Positions 48,401 to 59,567 of a DNA stretch of 64,000 bases are shown piece after piece. Both the position numbers and the translations under genes were made by a program. The DNA is from Oikopleura dioica. Lineage: Eukaryota; Animalia; Chordata. Where the stretch lies: assembly GCA_907165135.1 (NCBI GenBank), contig OU015566.1:4898001-4962000 (forward strand), read 5' to 3'. The notes below the pieces were generated by a model. The model ran no database searches. It was not told the DNA's origin and saw nothing but the letters and a program-made list of their open reading frames with translations. Position 1 is the first letter of the stretch. Each line of letters begins with the position of its first letter.

Positions 48401-51242
48401 GAAAAGAGGACGAGATGAAAATTGTGTGTATCTCAAAAATGGTCCTCGTCTCTTCTAATTAACTAAAAGCTAATTGGTCACCTTGGAAAGGATGTTTGTT
48501 ACAGTAGCACTAAAGGCAGGCAGCCTTGATTAATCTGTCACAGAAGTCGATATTGATTTCGACGTAAATCAGCGCTCTTTGGATAAGAGGATATTTATGA
48601 TACTCTACTCTTCGTTTTTTAATTTACTAAAAAGCTAATTAGCCAAAAAGAAATGGGTAAAAAGAGGGATCGTAAAGGAGATTTTCGGTAATTTTTGACG
48701 CACCGAAGTCGATTTTAAATCACTGTAACTAAAGCGTATAGAGGGGAAATGGCTCTGTATCGAAATATCCGGTATCTAACTAAGGGTATCGAGTTTACTT
48801 TGGCTAGATTTCCCCTAACCCGTTAGAGCAAATATTAACCCGTTTGCGCGGATGTCACGACGGAAGTAACTTTAAATATTTTCGTAAGATCACTTCTTTT
48901 GGAAAATTTTTATCCGATGTTGACACCCTTAATAACAAACAAAGGCATGATTTTGATTTATGAAAGTTTGAACGGCCGTTTTTGTCGTTCCCGAAACAAA
49001 TAGATTAGGCGTTTTTACGAGGATAAGGAGAAAATTTATGAATTTGTAACAAAGGGAAGGATTTTTTTGCTTGAGAAACGGGGCTGATCGCTTCAAAGGT
49101 CGGATTTGGATGTTTGAGGGTAAATTTTCCTAGGCTCGCTCGAGATTAAATATGATTTTAAAAGACTTTGAGTTTGAGAAAAGTCCCTATCGTTAAATTC
49201 TCGAATATATAATCAACAAAGTCCTGAGCCAAAAATAAAGGGGTCTGTTCCCTTAGTAATTTCGACTGGGGTCCCCTTAATTAATAAGTTTTTCAGCTAA
49301 GATTAAGGGTATCCCTATCTTTTCAGAAATTTTGAATTAAGAATTCAACAAGAATATGAAAAAAATTAATATCAAGGTCTGTTCCCTTAGTGATTTCGAA
49401 CGCAGGCCCCTTAATTTAAGCAAAAAATCAAAGCCCGGGAGTTGTTCTAGTGTTTTCCGAATTTTTGCCAAATTCCTAACCTATTGTTACGAATACATTA
49501 ACACGAGGCAGAATTGAGTGGGGGTTGTAATTCGGTTGATGTTTTCTAGAGACAAGTACGAGCGAGGAATTTTAAACAAATTCGAACAAAGCGCAAAACG
49601 AGGCATTTTTTTACTCGTCTAAAATCTTGAATTTCAAGCACTTGAATTTTCAAGCGAGAATTTTAGGAACCGTTTAATTTCGACTCGAAAAATACAGTAA
49701 AAAACTTGTTTGTGGAAGAAATTTCAATTGACGTTTCGGCTCAAAAAGTCAGTCGAATTTCGATACAGGCTAATCCAAAAGATACAACTTCTGGACTCTG
49801 ATTTTCGAGTCAGTTTTTGACTGTATCAAAAATTTTGATTGACTTTTTGATCCAAAAAAATCCAGAAAACAAACAGTTTTGAAGAAACATCTCTGTATGT
49901 TTCTCATTTTGTGACCGTATTTTTCAAATTAAAAATGCCCACTTTTGACTCGAATGATTAATTTTTCAAAATTTGTGATCATAAGCCGAGTACTTTTTTC
50001 TTTTCATCTCGAATTCCCGCGATTTAGGGATCAGGATTGATTATATTTAACTTGGCCGAGTTGGTTGGTAACCTCATTTACCAACTGCTGGAACAATATA
50101 TCCTCCGCCGCCTTTGATCCCTCTTAATTTGATCGGCTCAATTCTGAACTTGAGCCAAGTCTAACTTTATAACTTGACTCGCTGGTAGTACCCGAATCAA
50201 TGCCCGCGTGGCCTTTTTAAAGTTGCCGCCAGGAACAATACAAAAATGTATGTAAAAGTGTCCAAAGTTTTCAAGTTCATGGGAAATCGAAAAAAAAGAG
50301 GATGAGCCTGGTGCCGCCTCCGTGGGTGGGAAGTTTATAGGTCACGATAAAAGGAACGAAAAGTGAAGTTAAAAGGTCATTTCCGTTTATAGACCGAGAT
50401 TTTCAAAGAGATGAGATTTATATTTTTCACTTTTGTCTACCAGACAAAACTTCTGTCTGGTAGACAAACAATCGAAAAGGCGAGTAAATCAGGTATTTTT
50501 ATAACGAATATCTTTCCAGCTAGAAATCAGCTGATTAATCAAATTAAAAATTTACATTGATCAGAAAAGTTGATTCAGGGGCTTTATAAAATCATGATGA
50601 TCGAGAAAGGACAAAGGACGAGCATCTCTCAGATTTTCGCCTGAATTTTTAACAAGAAGACAATATTTTTCCTCGCTGTCGATTTCGAGAGGTCCTAATT
50701 CGAAGGCGAGAGTTGATACAAAGACAAGTAGAGCCGCATATTGGCGTTTTTAAAATAAAATAGAGGGATCGGATGAAAAATCTCCCTTTAGCACCTTAAT
50801 ACCACTGACAGAAAGCCCAATCTGTCGACAAAGTGCGATCAATCGGGGCCCGCAAATAACCATCATTGAGTGACAACTCGTCGATTTTTTGCGGATTCTT
50901 GGATTGATTCGGACTTTCTCTCTTCTCTGTTTTCCAAGGAGCGCTGATTTTCAAAATAATCAAAGATCATTCAACGATCATTTTTCCAGCTGACCAAGAA
51001 TTTCCAAATAAACTTCACTCTCTCCCTTTTTTACTCAGAACTCTTGACCCCAGACTCGCGTGATCACTGACCCAAGACCATCAACAATCAGAAAAAAGCA
51101 TCAACAAAAATAGTCGCTTCTCTTTTCGCACCAACTCATATTATGGCCAGGTGCAGGGCGACCCAACCACGTGGATATATCTGATACAGATTGGGCAAAT
51201 TATATAGACCCGGGGATGAGCATGATGTGAGAAAAACACGAA

Positions 51243-54200
51243 ATGGCAACATGTGATTTTCGAGTTGATGATTTTCGATGTTGTAAATGAAAATTTCTAA
51301 AAAGAAAATTGACATTTATCCTTCAGATACCCTTATTTCTCCTTCAACTGGCCTCTGCCCGGTATTATGGCCAAGATGATTTCTCCGAAACTTTCAGTCT
51401 TCTGAAAATCTCCGAAAACACCTCCCCCGGATCAGAAATCTTCAACCTCGCCACTGTCCTCCCAGAAGCTCCCCAAGTCGCTTCAGCTCGGATTTTTTCC
51501 GAATTCGCGGAAAACTTCAAAATTCAAAACGGCGCACTTTTTCTGTCGAAACGATTGGATCGGGAAAAAATCTGCAACTCGGCCGACTTCCGCTGCGAAT
51601 TCATCGTCAAACTCCTCGTTGAACCGTTTGAATCGAAGAAGAGCGAAAAACTGGTGATTCTGCAGATTTCCTTGGCGGACGAAAATGATTCGTTGCCTGA
51701 ATTCGAGTTTGATTTTGGCTCGAAAACCATGGATTTGTGCAGCGAATCCGTTCGAAATGGTATCTATGCCGCGCCTTTTGTTGCTGATGATGCTGATAGA
51801 GGTAAATAGAAATTTCTGTCTCGTAGACAGCAAAATTGTCTACCAGACGAAATCATGTCTGCGAGCGAATATTTCAAAAAAGAGGGTCATTAAATCAATT
51901 GTGTATTGAAAACGTATCTCAATCATGAAAAAAGATGTCTATCAGACAGTCCATTCCCCCTCTTGACCCAAAAAATTATGCCTCTAATTAGTAAATTAGC
52001 CAATTTCACCCTCTCCCCGCCATTTCCACAAAATCCAATCCCATAATTACTACACAAAAAATATTTACTTTCTTCACGGCGCCCCACATGTTTTTGGGGA
52101 TTTCATGGTGCAACGCCAGAAAAAAAGTCAGCTGGGCCAGGGCTTATGCACCACCGCCAACGCCGCCCGTTACGTAATTAGATCCAGCGAGAAAAGTCAC
52201 CTGACATATTTTTTATCAAATCAACAGCCTTACTTATAAAGTTATAAAATTATAAGCGCCTTGTTGTTTCTAGCGGCTGCCAAAGCTTTAATTTTCGACT
52301 CGAAAATTCTTAGTTGAAACGGGCGCAATTTCGAAGGTTATCAGAGATACTCCCTTTATAAAAAAATGAGTCAAATTTGCATAAATATTAAAAAGAATAA
52401 GTCATCTTCGCGCGCCCTATCTTTCCTCTTCTGCGTCTCCCGAGCGCAGGTGTCTCCTTAAATTAGCATTTTCCATCTGAAACCCCCTTGAGTTTTCAGT
52501 AAACACACTTTATTTCTTCACCATTTTCGTTCACGCTTCAATGGTTCTCTTTTTTAGTTTCGATCCTTCGCTACGGGCTGAAAAACACCGCTTCCTTCAC
52601 TCTCGAGGAAAAAGAAGAAGTTGACTCGTTCGGGAATTCACGTGATCAGCTGACATTGAAGCTCGTTGGCGAATCCAAAGCGCCGGAAGAGATGGTGGTT
52701 CAAGTTTCTGACGGACTTCATCAAGTGGAAAAGACGGCGATCGTCAATGTCGTTGATAATTGCAAAGAAAATGCGAAATTTTCGCAACAGGTAAATTTTG
52801 AGCCGAAAAAAAATTTTCCATATTTTTTTCTTTTTTTTCAGATTTACGAAGCAACTCTTCCCGAAAACGTCAAAAACTTCGCCACTGGCATCATCCTCTC
52901 GCTCGACACGATGATAGCGACCGAAGCCATCGAGTTCCGACTCGGCTCGGAAGTGGCACGTGAGCACTTGGCGATAAATCACGAGACAGGCGAAATTCAT
53001 CTTATCAAGTCTCTTGATTACGAAATCACTCAGAGGTAATTTGACGCGCGTTGAATCACGTGAAAAAACGTGCAAATTTGATTTTTGAAAAAAGGGTCGA
53101 CATCAAAATCACACGTAATGACTCCTGAGAAAATTTTCTCGACTCAAAAATCATTTTCAAAAATAGCGCAAACAGCTCCTATTTAAATTTCGCGCAAATT
53201 TTCTATTGGATAATTCGATTATCGCTTTGTTTGACCAAAATCTTCATGATTCCCTCTTCTCATCCCTTTTTCTAGAATCCGCTCCGTGGTTGAACTTGTC
53301 GACCTCTACACCAACGCCATCATCGACTTCACCATCATCGACATCTCCGTCAAAGACGTCAACGACAACGTCCCAGTCATCACCGCCACGGTTATTCCCC
53401 CCGCCTCTGTCAACAATGATAAAGGTAATTTCACTTCCAATACTCACTTTCTATTGGGCAACTAACAAGAATTAGGCCATGTTATTTTTGCGGCGCTAAC
53501 ATGTTTAATTTTCGAATTATTACTTGTAATCCAACTTCTGAATTTTCGAATTTCGCGAAAAAAAAAATTGAACTTTACCTCAAATCTCATCTTTTCAGTT
53601 ATTCTCCGCGAAGACTTCCCAACCTCCGTTGCTCTGGCTTATTTCTCCGCTTCTGATGCCGACCTCGCTTCCGCCGGAGAAGTCACACTCGATCTCCTCA
53701 TGGGCAAAGACTACTTCGAGCTTCGGGAAGGATTCCTCGTCCTGAGAACCCCACTCGATCGCGAGTCGCAAAACCTCATCGACGTCAGCGTCTCTGCTTG
53801 CGACAACGGCCGTCCAAAGAAATGCGCGCAGAGTGTTTTGACCTTCGTCGTCAGCGATGTCAACGACAACAGTCCTTTCTTCACCATGTGTCCGGAAGAA
53901 GTGCTCGTTTCCGAGTCCCAGCCGCCCAACAAGCTCCTCACCGTCGTCCGCGCTTTCGACAATGACAATCTCCCCGGCCTCTCCTCCCCCAACGGCGTCG
54001 TCAGCTACAGCACTTCCAGCTCCGTCGTCGCCGTCAGCTCCACTGGCCAAGTGTTTTTGAACCAAAAACTCGACCGCGAAAGAATCTCCAGCTACACAAT
54101 TTCCATCGAAGCTTTCGATCAAGGCGTGCCAGTCCAAAACTCAGCTCGATGCACTTTCAACTTGATCGTCGGAGATGAAAACGACAATGCGCCGCTTTTC

Positions 54201-55281
54201 GATGAAGCGACGGAATTTGTGAAAGTGATTCCAAATACGCTCGGAAAGAATGAAATCGTCTATGATTTCAATGTGGTCGACAAGGATGATGGAAAGAATG
54301 CGATGTTTTTCTTGGAGTTGGAAGATGATTTCGGTAAGAAAAATTTTCAAATAAATGAAAAAATTATTTAGAAAAATTAATAAAAATACTAAAAAAAAAT
54401 TTCGAAAAATTATTTAACGATATTATCATAAAATATATTATTTAGAAAATATTTATAAATTATAATTAGAAAAATAAATTTCTATAAAAAGAATTATTTT
54501 TCTAACCCTCGGTTTAGATCTGTTCTACATCAACTCCGCCAACGAACTCCGCCTCTCCCGCAATTTCACCTCGACCGATCCTTCCCGAGTCAATCTGATC
54601 GTCCGCGCCCGAGACAGCGGCGACCTCACTTCGGAAATCTCCTTTGCCGTCGAAATTCTCCCGCCAGAAGCGCTGATGCGATCGAGCACTCAAGAACTCG
54701 CCATTGCTTCTATTTGCGGATTGATGGCTGTGATTTTTGTTCTCTGTCTCGTGATTTTCTGCCTGAAGCAGCGACGACAGCAAACGTACAAGTTCCGCAA
54801 CGCCGAAGACAAGGAAGAGAGCAACATCCACGCGAGCAAGCAGACCCTTTCCAACTGGACGGTCGAGATCAAAAACGACGCTGCTTTGGTAAAAACGAAT
54901 TTGATCGTCGACCCGAGCGAGGATGGAAGTGGCCTGTACAAAACACGATCTCAGGATCACGGAAGCGATTTCATCCCCGACTCCGGCCGCGGCGAATCGG
55001 AAAAAGACTCCGTCTCCTCGACAATGGGCCCGAACTGCTCGAAAGATTGCTCCGTGATTGGCCACTCTGATGCTTGCTGGATGCCAAGCTCTAGAAACGA
55101 AGAAATCATGTCCTCTTCTTCCATCGTTGGTTATTCGAGAGAGCATTTGTCCAAGCTTTCGCAGCAATATTTGACGAATCAAAATCGACTCGCGAATTTG
55201 TCGCCGATTTGCGATCAAGAGAGTCAGCGATCTTCTGGTTATTTGAGCTCACTTGATGCGAGAAATGTTCATTACTGTTAA
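51243..55281 (+). CDS. PCDH: Non-clustered delta2-type protocadherin (6 EC, TM, CM1/CM2)
   Basis: EC1 LDREKIC; repeated DxNDNxP, LDRE/LDYE and DxD motifs (6 EC); TM; cytoplasmic DSGRGES and CSKDCSVIGHSDACWMP (CM1/CM2). Start codon tentative. Confidence 0.88.
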
Positions 55282-56349
55282 TTGCACTGTATATTTATTT
55301 ATTCGCTTGTAAATAAAAAATGATAATTCTCATTGTCATATTGATGTTCACCTAATTTCGGGACTAAATATGAAGACTATGCTTTCATCTAAGATTCAAC
55401 CCTACCTCAAAGGAAAAATGTGCGACCCGCTCGGCTATTGGAACGTTTATGGTTTTTTGGTTAATTTTTTTGCGCTTGATCTTGAGAGAAAAAATTTATT
55501 TTTCAAGCTCTTCTTTTTCAGAGCTTGGACACCTGTGTAGAAAATTTGAATCAGCTTGACTCAGTTAGAATTTGAAAGAAATTTTCGAAATATAAAATGA
55601 AAGCGAATTGTCTGGGAACGCCTCGTAAATTTTATTGTTTGAGATAAGCTTCAAAATGGCGCGTGCTATTTTAAATGAAGCTTTCCCTTTTGATTGCCAA
55701 GCCGTGGAGTGTAGCCAATCACGTGACCCTCTCTTGTGAGCGCATCGCGTGATCAAATACGGCGAAAGGGAAAGTTTCATGACTAGGTCTCAAAACGAGA
55801 AATTTCAGGAGAGTTTTCATACCAGTTCGAACCACTAAAGGCGATTTTGCGAGTTAGGGTGGTCAAAAATTTTTGATGAAGATATTTAAACTATACGTTG
55901 TTTACTCACGGATTTTTGACGGTCAAAATCATTAAGTTTGCGTACAAATGCTTTTAATTCTTTGAAATCAGACTTCAAATAAGTAATAATTCATATTATA
56001 ACAATTACAATGACCGTTTTTTATGATGGTCACATGATTACTTGAATTCGTTATTTAACGAGCTGTTTCTTCGCTTCAGTCACATCAGAGGCAAGAGATA
56101 CTTGAAAATAGCATATAGAAAAAAATCAGACAAAAATATTTTTTAAAAAAAATGAAAATTATCGACTCAAGAATAATTTCTGAATGAGTTTCAATGAATT
56201 TCATTAAGCTTAGTATTTGCTGAAATTAGTCGACCGGAAAAATGTCGTTAAAAATTCGCATTATTCAAATTCTTGCTTGAAAACTAGCAAAGTCGACGAC
56301 TGTTTAAAAAAAAAGAAGGAAAAGATCCAGAGAGAAACCAACTTTTGAA

Positions 56350-57283
56350 ATGGAGTCGGATGGAGAAACCTTCAAATTGATAATTAAAACCATGGGTAAG
56401 ATCGTTTAAAATCGTTGTTGATTTCAATGTTGAATTTAAGGTGATAGTTCTATCCCAATAGAAATTAACGGGGACGCGAAAATTCTCGAGCTGAAAGAAA
56501 AAATACAAGCCGCACTTGAGAATATTCAAAACGAAGATGTTTTGGAGCGCGACAATCAAAGGATAATATTCAGAGGGAGACTACTGAACAACGATTTGAA
56601 AATAAAAGACATCCAGAATCTGGAGCGCGAAGGAGGAGTGATGCATGTAGTGAGGTTGAATATTCCGGCTCCGGGAAGAAATGACCCGACTGCGGCTCAG
56701 CGGGAAAATTTGGAGCAAATGGCGAGGAATGAACTCGTCATGGCGAAAATCAGATCGCTGGAGACTTTGTTAAAGTAAATAGTTGAAAAAATGGCTTGTA
56801 GGAAAAATGCCCTATTATTTCATTGACGGGAAGAGTAAAATTTCTCCATAGGAATGCAGATCAATGCGTCTCATATTCTCAAAGAAACACGAATTGGAAC
56901 GAGAGGCGTGAACTCCAAGAGCCTGAAAATCTTGGAGAGGGAGTTATGTCTGTCAAAGATTTTGGCAACGTAGCTGAAGATTTCGGCGAAAGTATGTTCC
57001 ACACTTTTTTACAAAAAAGCAACTTTCAGCAATGATAAAATGGAGTTACCAACTTTCCCGATTGTCAAATATGCTCGTTGACGTACCAGATGTCAACGAA
57101 TTCAATCAATTTCAATTATCACAAGAAGAAATCCAAGAAAATCAAGACTTATTCAGAAATAACATGGACGCGACTAAATATTTCTCAAAAGTGTGCCAAC
57201 AGTTCAGTGAATTTTTCATTCCACTGGATCATCCGCCAAGAAGAATATCAACTCTAGCAGCGAGGCAACTCGATCCGGGCTAA
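56350..57283 (+). CDS. Short BAG6/Scythe-like protein (UBL + BAG6 N-terminal conserved region), 4 exons
   Basis: FKLIIKTMG|DSSIPIEINGDAKILELKEKI..QRIIFRGRLL..VMHVV (UBL), then LEQMARNELVMAKIRSLETLL and QDLFRNNMDATKYFSKVCQQFSEFFIPLDHPPRRI, resembling the BAG6 segment ending ..NL..PPRHL. Confidence 0.62.
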
Positions 57284-57394
57284 ACAAATTCGAATTCAAA
57301 GAACAAAAATGCACGGTAGCATGCGTTTATGATGATGATGATGATGAATGGCTTTGTTATTATCACAAATTATAATTTTCATATTTTCAATAAA

Positions 57395-57555
57395 AAAATC
57401 ATAACTATGTTTTAACTCGCCATGAGATTTTTATTGCAGAAGAAAGTAAGGAAAATTAAATAAAGAAAAATTTTTAAGCGAGAGGATTGGTAATGCCGCC
57501 AATAGTGGCTTCATTTCTCTTCGTGTAGAAAAAGTATCCTCCAGCAACAGCGGCA
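57395..57555 (-). pseudogene. Third fragment of the lectin receptor: tail + 3' UTR
   Basis: AAVAGGYFFYTKRNEATIGGITNPLA* plus AATAAAAATCTC UTR, matching 29588-29735. Confidence 0.85.
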
Positions 57556-57559
57556 TGAG

Positions 57560-57930
57560 GCGTTACTCGTCATCGCTAATTGCTATGCTATAATAACATA
57601 TTTAAAAATCCCCAAGACAATCAAGAAATGATATGAACTTACGGTTCGGTATGTTGGGAGTTCAGTCGGTGAATTTCCTCGCGCAGCTTTTCGATTTCTT
57701 TTTCTTTTTCGGCGAGCTTCTTATCCCGAAGCCTGAAATTATTTCATGAGAAAAATAAATAAAGATAACTGAATTCATTTTCTACAAACGACTTTGAATT
57801 ATACTGCATAATTTATACATACTTAATTTCGTCTTCGTATTTTTGCTCGAATTTTTCAACTAGCTTTCGAATTTTAAGCAAAAATTCATTGAATTCGGCA
57901 TCTTCTTCTTTCATTTTTTCTAAGAAGCAA
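57560..57930 (-). CDS. Diverged paralog of the 14810-15157 coiled-coil gene
   Basis: KLAEKEKEIEKLREEIHRLNS; same exon layout; 3' GATGACGAGTAACGCCTCATGCCGCT matches the 15145-15172 region. Confidence 0.45.
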
Positions 57931-58149
57931 TCTTTAATCACTACAATTCTTCACAAAAAAAGGAACATTCTCAATTTTAGGTGGCATAATTTCTCTCTAA
58001 AATGGGCACAGTAAAATTTAATTCGCGAGTATCTCTCTTTTTTTCGTTAAAAAATGATGCCGGTGGATTTCTCGGTTTCGACTTACGTATCAAGATTAAA
58101 AAATTTCCCCGCGGCACTGCCATTTTATAACAATCAATTTTTTCTTTAT

Positions 58150-58860
58150 TGTCTTCTATATCTTCGAAAGTCGGATTCTCAACTCCTTCTTCAAATCTCA
58201 ATCTTGCCTTTAACTCGTTGCAAAGACCCTGTAAAAGATAGCAGACACAAAGGCGAGAGTTCCATTGATTATCCACACCGTATTCCAGGACGACATTAGG
58301 TCTTCTCCCACACATTTTTGGATGAAAATTGGGGTCATAAAACCAAACGCGGAAAAGCATGTGTCTTGGATCCCATGAAGAATACCTGAAGATAGATTAG
58401 TGAAGACCCTAAAAACCAAAGTTCCATCAGATACGCGCATAGCTGGGAGACATATCAATCAAGGAGGGCAAAAACGATGTCGTGGAGAATCCATTGAATC
58501 CCATTATCACACACATAAGCGCAACGATCGCCCCGGAATCAGGGGAAATGACGAAAAAGAAAATGCCCGCAAGACCGAGAGCCTGAACCGCTGTTATTTT
58601 TTGAAGATTTGTGATGCTCAGAATGTTTTTCGATTGAGCGAAATCGAGTAGAGCTGATGAAACGAAAGTAACTACCAGGTAGCAAATAAAAGGAAGGGCG
58701 CTGAGAAAACCGTCGGCGAGGAGGTTGTAGTGGTGAACTTTCTAGAAGAAAATTTCTAGAGTGATTGACAAGGTCTCTACCTGAAGGTATTCTGGCAGTT
58801 TGTCCGTAATTGTAAAGAAAATGAATCATTTTAAATGATCGAATTTGCCACATTTGACAT
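58150..58860 (-). pseudogene. SLC17 pseudogene (3' half only)
   Basis: Homologous to 13425-14410; in-frame TAA (58210-58212) and TGA for TGG (58198-58200). Confidence 0.85.
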
Positions 58861-58946
58861 TCTGACAGACATTGTCTGTTTTGAGCACATCAGGATTTCA
58901 TCGCAAGAAAAAATTCAAATCGACTCCAATCGGGAAGAGTTTTCCC

Positions 58947-59260
58947 GGAAGATGATACTTGGGAATTTCAACAAGAATTTAGGGTCAACAGTGAGCAAGC
59001 AGATATCGTAACAGCCGAAGAAGCGAAGCAGAAATGCACCTACTTGGTTTTCAAGTTTTACGAAGAGAGAATTCTGCCTGAACAAGAAACAGCTGAAGAG
59101 AGGATTCAGTCCGCAATGCAACCCAAAAATAAAATGTCTTTGAATAAATAAAGACATCACAAAAGAATAAACTTTGCCTATCAAGAAAGAAGTGTTGCGT
59201 CAGCAGGAAAGAATGTTGAGAACTGCACGAAGATTCTTTTGACCTGTTTTGAAAACATCC
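58947..59260 (+). pseudogene. Internally deleted HP1 paralog
   Basis: GGAAGATGATACTTGGGA (chromodomain end) joined directly to the sequence before the last chromoshadow exon (VNSEQADIVTAEEAKQKCTYLVFKFYEERI); ~310 bp missing relative to 5835-5522. Confidence 0.82.
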
Positions 59261-59567
59261 CGATCCCAGTCCAAGGATCAAAGAAGACGCTCAATTTTGG
59301 CCTTTTTTTAATTTTTCATATTGCGGAAACTGGACGAATTCAACGAACAAATGACGAGAAAAACTTTAGCCAAGTTTCTGGTCCTGCCACTACTTTTAGG
59401 TTTCCTTTCAATAATCGATATCATTAAAAATATCAAAATACAGAAGAAGCACTCATTTCCACTCTTAATCACCGCGCTCAAAATCAGAATAAAGATAATC
59501 ATGTTTTCACTCGCCATGAGATTTTTATTGCAGAAGAAAATATGAAAAAGAAAATAAAGAAAAGCTT

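Noticed and set aside
55715-55727. CCAAT + TCACGTGA motif upstream of the BAG6-like gene as an ER-stress element
   Set aside because: Spacing does not match ERSE (CCAAT-N9-CCACG) or ERSE-II; motif match only.
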